A DNA stretch of 35,187 nt from Bacteroidales bacterium (GTDB lineage: Bacteria > Bacteroidota > Bacteroidia > Bacteroidales > CAIWKO01). The notes under the pieces are model-generated. The model saw nothing but the letters and a program-made list of their open reading frames with translations. It made no database searches and was not told the DNA's origin. This document shows positions 9,770-17,524 of the stretch, in pieces; positions within the stretch are counted from its first letter, which is position 1, and every line of letters starts with the position of its first letter. Made by a program: the position numbers and the translations under genes. Location: contig DAOORA010000048.1 of assembly GCA_035389045.1 (NCBI GenBank), positions 1 through 35,187 of the forward strand, given 5' to 3'.

Positions 9770-10027
9770 TAAAATTTGTCGGCTAAAAATAAATTTGCAT
9801 AAATTTTGTTATGACAATCTAAATTTATTTATAATATTAACAATAATTTGATATTTGGATGTATTCATCACGATCAGCATGACCGACGATGAATGCAAAA
9901 TCCGGACAGCATATTCCTGACATCATCCATATATTGTCCGGATAGTAAAACATTTATTATTATAAACCTCACTGTCTGCTGATTTCGAAACAAAACGCAG
10001 CCAGACTTATGGTATATATAAGGAATA

Positions 10028-10978
10028 TCACTCTTTAATTAATTTCATTTGACTTGTTTTGCTGTCTCCGACCAGCCTGATGATATAAACACCTTTGGAT
10101 AAAGAGTTCACGGCAACATCACCTTTTCCATCGATCAGCATCGTTTCCAGCACGCACTCACCAATCATGTTGTAAACCCGCAGGTGCATCTTTTGTTTAT
10201 CAGGACAGGCAACACTGATCCTGTGATGTGCCGGGTTTGGAGTGACAATCACTGACTCCGGGGTATCCATTTCAGTGGTCCCCGATTCCTTGTTGCAGAT
10301 ACATCTGATCGAAAATCCACTGAGCATTTTGTCGTGGTAATAGCGGTATATCTGTGTATTATCATAGCTCAGAAGCCGGTCCCAGGCGCCAGAGACATCA
10401 TATTCATCCGCAGTCCACCAATAGCCATAGTTTCCTATATCAGTGTACGAGGCATAGATATAACGATAGCCGCCGGGAATGGCGCTGAAGCCGCTGCTGT
10501 TGACAGCACCAGTATTTGGACTGGTCCAGTGTGCTGTTCCCGCCTCCTTAAGTTTCCCGCCGATATCGGTCCCGCTCAGTCCGGTAGCTGTGGTATCCAC
10601 GGCGCTGTCCAGATATTTTTCCATGATATTCCATTCGTGTTCACCCGGCACATGCCAACCCGCAGGGCATATACCGCCGGGGTCATTTGCTGCTGCCCAG
10701 TTGTACAAAGCGCCATAGACAGGAGCATAAACAACAGAATCATTATTATAATAACAGCGGGCACCCGAGGCAATATTTGTCCATGCAGTGGGATTGATGA
10801 CGTTCGGAACCGTCATGCCATTATTGTACCTTGTCACTCTAAGATTTTCCTTCATCCATATCTGTGTGCCAATGGTTACGGTGTTATATACATTGCCGTC
10901 GATGTCGGTCACCGTCTGCGCCATGCTGTTACTTACCAGTATTGTAATAGTTGTAAAAAAAATAAGGATTTGTTTCAT
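10028..10978 (-). CDS. Secreted FISUMP (Fibrobacter succinogenes major paralogous) domain protein with a T9SS type A sorting domain
   Basis: Signal peptide; DIDGNVYNTVTIGTQIWMKENL, YGALYNW, CPAGWHVP and GFSIRC. The C-terminal domain reads TPNPA...VYNMIG...LSKGVYII...KLIKE. Confidence 0.9.
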   Translation of the reverse strand: MKQILIFFTTITILVSNSMAQTVTDIDGNVYNTVTIGTQIWMKENLRVTRYNNGMTVPNVINPTAWTNIASGARCYYNNDSVVYAPVYGALYNWAAANDPGGICPAGWHVPGEHEWNIMEKYLDSAVDTTATGLSGTDIGGKLKEAGTAHWTSPNTGAVNSSGFSAIPGGYRYIYASYTDIGNYGYWWTADEYDVSGAWDRLLSYDNTQIYRYYHDKMLSGFSIRCICNKESGTTEMDTPESVIVTPNPAHHRISVACPDKQKMHLRVYNMIGECVLETMLIDGKGDVAVNSLSKGVYIIRLVGDSKTSQMKLIKE

Positions 10979-11015
10979 GGTTGTTTTGTTTCTTATAAAT
11001 GATTTTTAAAAACTT

Positions 11016-11176
11016 AGAAACTGTTTTGATTTTATGTTACATAAGATTTATGATGGATTTTTTAGCGAAACGAAGCAGATTTTGCAGACATAGTTTATCC
11101 TATGTCGAAAAATCTAACGAAGTTGCAGCATAAAAGACGCATAAAGATATGAAAAGACAAAATCAAAACAATTTCT
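11016..11176. mobile_element. MITE-like palindromic element (about 160 bp)
   Basis: Terminal inverted repeats AGAAACTGTTTTGATTTT (from 11016) / AAAATCAAAACAATTTCT (11159-11176). Internal hairpin AGATTTT-GACATAG..CTATGTC-AAAATCT. Confidence 0.6.
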
Positions 11177-11788
11177 TAATCTTAATGGTATCTTATTAAT
11201 TCTGGATAAATCGTTTAAAGACCTGCCTCTTAAATTTTGCAACGCATACAAAATGAAGCATAAATCATTTACAATTTAATCAAAAATACACACGCAATAT
11301 CGCACTTTTGCAGTGTTTGTACAAAAATATTATTTTTTTTCTACAATGGGCTGAATCCCTATCCGATAGAAATTAAAATGTATTTAATAAAAAAATTAAA
11401 ATTTGTCAGGCACATATCTATTATTTTTCAGATACTGATTAATTCAAAAACATTATTCTGCCGAACAACACTGATAATGAAGCCACCGATGCCTTGCCGG
11501 AAGTGCTGTGTGCCTTGAACGGCATCTGTATCAGCAAGAATTTCAACCAGTCAAGTAAAAAAGTCTTTATTTTACAAAAAGAAAAAAATCCTGATTGGCG
11601 ACAGACAGCCGATGTCCCGAAATTGAGATATTTAAAAAAATCAAATAGACTTAATGATTTAAAAAATAATATAAAACTTCTCTATGGCTGTGTAACTTTT
11701 TATTACACAGAAATACTGAGGAAAAGCATAGGTTCTGAACAAACGCAAATTTGTGAATAATTAAGTTTGAAATCCGGTACTAATTGTT

Positions 11789-12250
11789 TTATTGAGGGAT
11801 GCCATATTCCAATCCGATTATTTTTTCATCATCCCAACCGGCAAACATAAACCTGGCTTTAAGAAACGACGGCGGCCCGAATTTTTCTCTGACATTGTTT
11901 GAGAATCCATAGCCCTCTGTCGGAATACCCCAGACATTTTTATCCAGTTTTCCGTCATTATCTATATCATGCAGCACGGCAATGGCATAATTGCCATAAG
12001 GCACTTTCTCAAATTTTATCAACTCCACATCCCTGCTGATTTTTGAGATACTTCCTTTGTATGGTTCATTTTCCGGAAAATCAGACGCACAGTTATACAA
12101 GGCCACCATAAGCTGCCCGATATTACTTTTAAACCCTTTGACCAGAACATACAAAGTCCCCGTTTCGGTTTTCAGAATTTTTTTCTCACTTTGCACAGAA
12201 AAAGCGCCCCCGGTGCAAATAATAAGTAAAACCCAAGCTAATTTTTTCAT
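11789..12250 (-). CDS. DUF2141-like exported protein
   Basis: Signal peptide; G.L.VALY, FEKVPYGNYAIAVLHD.D.DGKLD and GIPTEGYGFSNN...FGPPSF. Confidence 0.85.
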   Translation of the reverse strand: MKKLAWVLLIICTGGAFSVQSEKKILKTETGTLYVLVKGFKSNIGQLMVALYNCASDFPENEPYKGSISKISRDVELIKFEKVPYGNYAIAVLHDIDNDGKLDKNVWGIPTEGYGFSNNVREKFGPPSFLKARFMFAGWDDEKIIGLEYGIPQ

Positions 12251-12420
12251 TTTTCCTGAATTTTATTCCTTTAACCCATAGTGTAAAGGATTCACAATGT
12301 TTTATACTAATTATCAGGGTTTTACTTTTCCTTTTCCATGTATTTGTTTTAATGACACTTATTTATTAAACGCCGGTAGACGACTTATTATTTTTCGTCT
12401 TGATAATGCATTTACATATT

Positions 12421-12767
12421 AGAATTTGTTTTGAATTTATCCCGTATTTTTGAAATTACTTCAATTGGCTTAGGCTGCCAGAAAAATTGCGAGTCACACA
12501 GCCGTTGTTCTGAAGAATTCCGAGGTTTTGAAAAGAATAAATGAACAAGGTGTCCCTGCCTGCCGAAACGGCAGTGCGGGCAGGGAAGTGTGGCTTGCTG
12601 ATTATGTTTTTCTTTTTTTCTAACCTTTGGCCAGTCTTACCTGCCTGCGTGCCGGACACTCCGGCAGGCAGGGACAAGTTTCTCCTTCGCTTCGTTGCAG
12701 GAGAATCTGCTCTGAATGACCGGAAAATCTGCTAATACAATGTGGTAATAAAATCAAAACAGTTTCT
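12421..12767. mobile_element. Second MITE-like element with related termini and nested CCTGCCTGCC palindromes
   Basis: Ends AGAATTTGTTTTGAATTTAT / ATAAAATCAAAACAGTTTCT. Internal inverted pair TGTCCCTGCCTGCCG (12551-12565) / CGGCAGGCAGGGACA (12662-12676). Confidence 0.55.
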
Positions 12768-12904
12768 TAGTTTTTACATTGTTTTAACCATGAAATGAGC
12801 CGATGACTGGGCACATGCTTGTGTGTAAGTCAGTAATCCGCTCAGTAGCCGCAAAAATTGTCGGTCTGCCTGATCTATAATGTTGAAATGAATAAATTTG
12901 TACT

Positions 12905-14077
12905 ATGAGAAAAGTTATTTCCACCGAGAAAGTTCCTATCAAACTCTGGCTTGACGCACCGGATGAAAACTCGTTGAACCAGGTTAAAAACCTTGCAAAC
13001 CTTCCCTTTGCGTTCAGCCATGTATGCCTGATGCCCGATGCACACGCCGGTTACGGAATGCCGATAGGCGGTGTGCTGGCAGCCGATAACGTCATTGTTC
13101 CCAACGCTGTTGGCGTCGACATCGGCTGCGGGATGTGCGCTGTAAAAACGGATATTAAGGCAGGTTCGTTGCCACAGGCTAAGCTGCGCCATATTCTTGA
13201 TGAGATCAGAAAACTTATCCCGCTGGGATTTGACCACCACAAGGAAGAGCAAAACGAAGAACTGATGCCGCAGAATTTTGATATTGATGAAATGAAAATT
13301 GTGAAACAGGAGTACCTGTCAGCATTAAAACAGTTAGGTACCCTTGGTGGCGGCAATCATTTCATTGAGATACAGAATGACGAGCAGAATTATATCTGGA
13401 TAATGATACATTCAGGCAGCAGGAACATCGGGCTGAAAGTGGCCGAATACTATAATAATAAAGCGAAAAAACTAAATGCCTTATGGCATACCGCTGTCAG
13501 TCCCAAAGCCGATCTGGCATTCCTGCCTTTTGAATCGGACGAAGCGCGAATGTATTATAACGAAATGAAATATTGTGTGGCTTTTGCCTTTGCCAACCGT
13601 AATCTTATGATGGAGCGGATTCAGAGTGTTCTGTCTGATAACGTTTCCCATATTGTATTTGATCCGTTAATAAATATCGCCCATAATTACGCAGCCTGGG
13701 AAGAGCATTTCGGGAAAAAAGTGGTGGTGCACCGCAAAGGAGCCACCTCAGCACGTCAGGGTGAAACAGGTATTATACCCGGCAGCCAGGGCACCCGGTC
13801 ATATATTGTCGTGGGGCTTGGCAACCATGACAGTTTCATGAGCTGTTCTCATGGCGCAGGCAGGATCATGAGCCGTAGCCAGGCCATAAAAAACCTGGAT
13901 CTGGAAGAAGAAATAAGAAAACTTGATAAACAGGGCATCATCCACTCCATCAAAAGCAAAAAAGACCTTGATGAAGCCTCGTCAGCCTATAAAGACATAC
14001 AAACTGTAATTCAGTCTCAGAATGATCTGGTCACCATAAAACATATATTAACCCCGCTGGGGGTAATAAAAGGATAA
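12905..14077 (+). CDS. rtcB: RtcB family RNA ligase (3'-phosphate/5'-OH)
   Basis: MPDAHAGYGMPIG, VGVDIGCGM, GTLGGGNHFIE, HSGSR, HNYA, HRKGAT, PGSQG, SHGAGR and DEA..AYK. Confidence 0.96.
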   Translation: MRKVISTEKVPIKLWLDAPDENSLNQVKNLANLPFAFSHVCLMPDAHAGYGMPIGGVLAADNVIVPNAVGVDIGCGMCAVKTDIKAGSLPQAKLRHILDEIRKLIPLGFDHHKEEQNEELMPQNFDIDEMKIVKQEYLSALKQLGTLGGGNHFIEIQNDEQNYIWIMIHSGSRNIGLKVAEYYNNKAKKLNALWHTAVSPKADLAFLPFESDEARMYYNEMKYCVAFAFANRNLMMERIQSVLSDNVSHIVFDPLINIAHNYAAWEEHFGKKVVVHRKGATSARQGETGIIPGSQGTRSYIVVGLGNHDSFMSCSHGAGRIMSRSQAIKNLDLEEEIRKLDKQGIIHSIKSKKDLDEASSAYKDIQTVIQSQNDLVTIKHILTPLGVIKG

Positions 14078-14098
14078 TTCGTAAACAAATTGATGAAT

Positions 14099-14135
14099 AA
14101 AAAAAAGGCTGTGAAAAGCATCTGATCTCACAGCC
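14099..14135 (-). terminator. Terminator between convergent rtcB and tRNA-Arg
   Basis: GGCTGTGA (14107-14114) / TCACAGCC (14128-14135) with an adjacent A8 run. Confidence 0.65.
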
Positions 14136-14146
14136 CAACATCTAAG

Positions 14147-14219
14147 CGATCCCGGTTGGATTCGAACCAACGACCCACAGCTTAGAAGGCTGTTGCTCTA
14201 TCCCCTGAGCTACGGGACC
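14147..14219 (-). tRNA. tRNA-Arg (TCT); CCA not encoded
   Basis: Reverse complement is GGTCCCGTAGCTCAGGGGATAGAGCAACAGCCTTCTAAGCTGTGGGTCGTTGGTTCGAATCCAACCGGGATCG, with anticodon loop CTTCTAA. Confidence 0.96.
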
Positions 14220-14315
14220 TCAATAAGTTACATCCGTGTGTCGATGATTTGAATAACAATTTGCATAACAGAAAAAAGAACGACATTCAGAAAAAACATT
14301 TCAACAAACGGAGCG

Positions 14316-14348
14316 CAAAGATACAAGATTTTTTCTTATTTGATCAAA
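14316..14348 (-). promoter_or_regulatory. Bacteroidota promoter for tRNA-Arg
   Basis: TTTG-N21-TATCTTTG on the minus strand. Confidence 0.65.
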
Positions 14349-14396
14349 AAGAAAAACGTTTTTTTTACAGACATAAAAACGATGTCCAAAAACAAT

Positions 14397-14479
14397 AAAG
14401 TAAAAGCTGCAACGAAGCTTTGTCAATGCCGGAACTAAAAAAGTAAAAGCTGCGAACAGGCTCTGTCAAACCCGAATTT
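14397..14479. repeat. Imperfect 43-bp tandem repeat
   Basis: AAAGTAAAAGCTGC at 14397 and 14440, each followed by a similar GCT(T/C)TGTCAA..CC.GAA tail. Confidence 0.75.
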
Positions 14480-14572
14480 TATTACAAAAAGGGAACAAGA
14501 AGTGAATACCATGGGAATCAAATGGGCGTGCTGATATGGTGCAAAAATGGTGTCAAGATACCCGGAAAATAA

Positions 14573-14605
14573 TAAACCCCTGATCACAGTGGATGCAGGG
14601 GTTTA
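14573..14605 (-). terminator. Hairpin/terminator after the long DUF6266-like gene
   Basis: Stem TAAACCCCTG / CAGGGGTTTA. Confidence 0.65.
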
Positions 14606-14626
14606 AGTTTTTTGGCCTGTTGTTGT

Positions 14627-16066
14627 CTATTTTACCTTTGATGCCAGTTCGTTACCGGCTTTAAATTTCACCACCTTCCGGGGGCGTTTCTTTTCAACTG
14701 AGAAATCATAATCACCATCAATACCGACCACATCAAACTCATTGATGATGGTATTAGCATCCATAAACTGAATTGTGTAAATCTGATTTCGTTGTAATTT
14801 GGAGCAGAAAAACAGAAAGTCGGAGCTGATAACATGTTCTTTTGTTTCACCTGTGGTACTATTTTTTGATATAACCTTATATGGTACAGCCGCAACCAGG
14901 TCGCCGGGGATGAAGTCTTTCAATTCCCCCCAGATTGCGGTATAAGGATGATGAATTTTCACGCTGTCCGGATGTATCAGCCCGTTTTTGAAGAGTAATT
15001 CGCAATATGAAAGAGTGTCCGGATGGTTAAAGCCAAACCTTGTGGCCGTGGTTTTGTTTTTTCCCATTGCATCGGTGATATAATACAGAATATTGAACGG
15101 TTTGTCCTGATCTCCTTCATTGATGGGAATCATGACTGATTGCCCTGAAGCAGGAAATGTATAATTGCCACCATAGCTGTTACCATTGGACACGAGTATC
15201 TGAGGAATAACATTAATCACATCATCGGGATAAAGTTCAGGGAACTTGGTGTAATCATCAATAGATATTTTTAGGTACCAGCCCGTTGCATCCTGGAAAG
15301 TGGTTGCGTGAATGTTTTCCGGTAGGATGATACGTTTTGAGATTTTGAAATCAAAATACACATCATCAATGTTGGCCGTGAAATACGCACCCACAGAGGG
15401 ACTGTTCATGATGTTTGCCGGAATGTACGGCCTGACATCACGCGAAGGATCATTGATGATGTTATAAAATAACATGCCTTCCGACCAGATATTACTGAAG
15501 TCGTAGTTCATCGGCCAGTCGGGAAGACTCTCTTCATGGATGTAAGTAGAGAAGAAATTTTTAAAAGGGAGTTTGCAGATATTGTCGGTATTGAAGGTCG
15601 TATCAATCGGTTTCCTGCCAACAGCGGTCAGCCTGATGGAATTAGGATCAATATCATCCGAGTTGATTAGTGTGTATTCAATGTAAAATTGATTTATAAA
15701 AGGGTCGTAAGCAGCCCGAAGGATCATCGGGGGCACCATGTTGCTACCGGAAAGGAGCATTTCACTGAAAGTGATGTTGCCGGAATCATCCACCAGGGGA
15801 TAGTTTTTCCTGATGGCTTCGGCCCATGCAGTTGACCTGCCGTTCCGGTTCCTGAAGTTCAGGGGGATTACATTGTCTTTGAATGGCTGCAATGCCAGTG
15901 AAAGGTTTTTGATTTTCTGTCGCTGTAGTTGCTGCGCTATTGTGTTTGGGTTTTTTACCATAGGCTGGTATTTTGAAACAGTGATCAGGGAATTCCATTT
16001 CCGGAATACCACGTTGCCGAGTTTCCCTATCGCATCACCGAGAAAGCCATTTTTTACTGTTGCCAT
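14627..16066 (-). CDS. DUF6266-like protein, long paralogue (479 aa)
   Basis: The N-terminus MATVKNGFLGDAIGKLGNVVF...VKNPNTIAQQLQRQK matches the family pattern and the upstream gene, followed by a beta-rich C-terminal extension. Confidence 0.75.
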   Translation of the reverse strand: MATVKNGFLGDAIGKLGNVVFRKWNSLITVSKYQPMVKNPNTIAQQLQRQKIKNLSLALQPFKDNVIPLNFRNRNGRSTAWAEAIRKNYPLVDDSGNITFSEMLLSGSNMVPPMILRAAYDPFINQFYIEYTLINSDDIDPNSIRLTAVGRKPIDTTFNTDNICKLPFKNFFSTYIHEESLPDWPMNYDFSNIWSEGMLFYNIINDPSRDVRPYIPANIMNSPSVGAYFTANIDDVYFDFKISKRIILPENIHATTFQDATGWYLKISIDDYTKFPELYPDDVINVIPQILVSNGNSYGGNYTFPASGQSVMIPINEGDQDKPFNILYYITDAMGKNKTTATRFGFNHPDTLSYCELLFKNGLIHPDSVKIHHPYTAIWGELKDFIPGDLVAAVPYKVISKNSTTGETKEHVISSDFLFFCSKLQRNQIYTIQFMDANTIINEFDVVGIDGDYDFSVEKKRPRKVVKFKAGNELASKVK

Positions 16067-16111
16067 ATTGCTATATTTTAAAGTTTACAATTAAGATGAA
16101 TTATGTGTTAT

Positions 16112-16147
16112 AAAAAAGGACTTACCGTTCAGGATAAGCCCTTTTTT
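16112..16147. terminator. Bidirectional intrinsic terminator between the two DUF6266-like genes
   Basis: AAAAAAGGACTTA...TAAGCCCTTTTTT. Confidence 0.7.
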
Positions 16148-16166
16148 GATAGGTGTTGGAATTTAA

Positions 16167-16811
16167 CTACACAGTTACAACTACAGTCCCGCTGTAAACA
16201 CTGTCGCAGCATTGGTTGCCTGCAGGATTCACAAAGAAGGAATAAACATGAACGGTGTCACCTCCCCAGGCTGCCGGAACTGTCTGGTCATCTGTGCCAG
16301 TCGCTCTTGTTACGGTAGTGGGGCTGAAAAGCCATTCATCCTTGTCCTCGTTATAGCTTGCAACATATAAAAAGTCGTTGTTAGCTTCATCCAGAGGATC
16401 AACAGGAGGAGTCCATGTTCTCTTTACTTTGAGTGCAAGGTCGTTTCCTGCATGGAATGTTACCGTCTTTGTCAGCGGCCCTTTTGCCACTTTCAGCAAA
16501 GAATAGTCAATGACATAATTTCCCGGGGTTCCGGTGATGGCCGTTTTGATGTTGTTTTTGATGAAAACATTGAAGGCTGACATATCAGTTGTCATGTTCT
16601 GAAATGAAACTTTGAGCATGGTCAGCAATCTGCGGCCTTCGGCTACCATCATTGAAAATTTGTTGCGCTGGTTCACCTGGTCGGGTGTTCTGGGGTTCTT
16701 CACCTGGATGGGTTTGGTGCGCATGGTGTTTTTCGAAAACTGTTTCGAGAAAACTGCAGTACCGAATTTCTGTTTGGTTCTGCCGGTGATAGGATTTTGG
16801 ACTATAGCCAT
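16167..16811 (-). CDS. DUF6266-like protein, short paralogue (214 aa)
   Basis: MAIVQNPITGRTKQKFGTAVF...VKNPRTPDQVNQRNKF, SAFNVFIKNN, IDYSLLKVAKG.L, and C-terminal HVYSFF...DSVYSG. Confidence 0.8.
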   Translation of the reverse strand: MAIVQNPITGRTKQKFGTAVFSKQFSKNTMRTKPIQVKNPRTPDQVNQRNKFSMMVAEGRRLLTMLKVSFQNMTTDMSAFNVFIKNNIKTAITGTPGNYVIDYSLLKVAKGPLTKTVTFHAGNDLALKVKRTWTPPVDPLDEANNDFLYVASYNEDKDEWLFSPTTVTRATGTDDQTVPAAWGGDTVHVYSFFVNPAGNQCCDSVYSGTVVVTV

Positions 16812-16932
16812 AATATTAAATTTAGGGGGTTAATAATCGGATTTAGGGTTATTTTTTTAATTTTATAAGCGGCCTTGATACGGAGTTGAAGCGGACTTAA
16901 TACAGTGATCATTTTTATAAATTTATTCTATG

Positions 16933-16940
16933 CAAAAATA
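16933..16940 (-). promoter_or_regulatory. Possible -7 box (TATTTTTG) for the DUF6266-like genes
   Basis: TAnnTTTG match about 120 nt upstream of the ATG; no clear -33 box. Confidence 0.4.
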
Positions 16941-17018
16941 ACGCTAAAAATCCTGAAAAGGTTGGTGGATATGGCTTCCATGTATAATGTTTCAACCGAT
17001 TGCTTTGTTCTGCAAAAT

Positions 17019-17044
17019 AAAAAAGGGAGTAGTGAAACTCCCTT
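17019..17044 (-). terminator. Terminator after the J-domain gene
   Basis: AAGGGAGT-agtgaa-ACTCCCTT with an adjacent A-run. Confidence 0.7.
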
Positions 17045-17050
17045 GTGACT

Positions 17051-17524
17051 TTATGTCAATATGAAACTGTCTTTTCGGTTTTCGATTATATCACTGCCAT
17101 ATTTGCAGCGGATGTATTCGATGGTTTTGGGCTTCTTGTTGGCACTTTTGTAGTCTGGTGGGCGGTAATACCACATAGTCTTTTTTGGTGCGAAATAGAA
17201 GCCCGTTTGTTTTAATTGTGCCCTGTGGGGATAGGTGTTGCCACTCAACCAGATCCAGTTCCCGATTAACTCAATGATGATGCCATCCAGTCCGATAATC
17301 TGGCTGATGATCTCCGGGTACCGGATGAATTCTTCCTGGTCCTGCTCTGACTTTTCCGCAAAGGAAAAGAACGGGTTTTTCATGATGTTTTCATACTGGA
17401 GGTTGATCTCCTGCATGGTTGCCGTATCGCCTCCCCTGTCGGGATGGTGCTGCAGGGCTAATTCTTTGTATCTGCGCTTCACTTCTTCGAGTGTGCAACA
17501 GGTTGAAAAGTACTGTGTTTTCAT
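17051..17524 (-). CDS. Small J-domain (DnaJ-like) protein of mobile-element type
   Basis: LEEVKRRYKELALQHHPDRGGD...MQEIN..YE (HPD motif). Aromatic C-terminal domain GNWIWLSGNTYPHRAQLKQTGFYF..KK.MWY. Confidence 0.85.
   Translation of the reverse strand: MKTQYFSTCCTLEEVKRRYKELALQHHPDRGGDTATMQEINLQYENIMKNPFFSFAEKSEQDQEEFIRYPEIISQIIGLDGIIIELIGNWIWLSGNTYPHRAQLKQTGFYFAPKKTMWYYRPPDYKSANKKPKTIEYIRCKYGSDIIENRKDSFILT

Noticed and set aside
11471..11534. Hairpin CTGATA..GATGCC...GGCATC..TATCAG as a riboswitch
   Set aside because: It lacks the SAM-I, TPP, cobalamin and fluoride core motifs, and no gene starts directly downstream.
648..13356. Antisense and alternative-frame ORFs overlapping the kinase operon, the FISUMP gene and rtcB (e.g. 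10334-11002, 5207-5632, 12875-13252)
   Set aside because: They are shadows of well-supported genes on the other strand or frame.
14147..14219. tRNA-Arg as the attachment site for the right-hand island
   Set aside because: The island lies on the 5' side of the tRNA, and I found no duplicated tRNA 3' end in the window.
14397..14479. CRISPR array (also considered for 138-175 and 33648-33673)
   Set aside because: There are only two copies or contiguous tandem units, no unique spacers and no cas genes.
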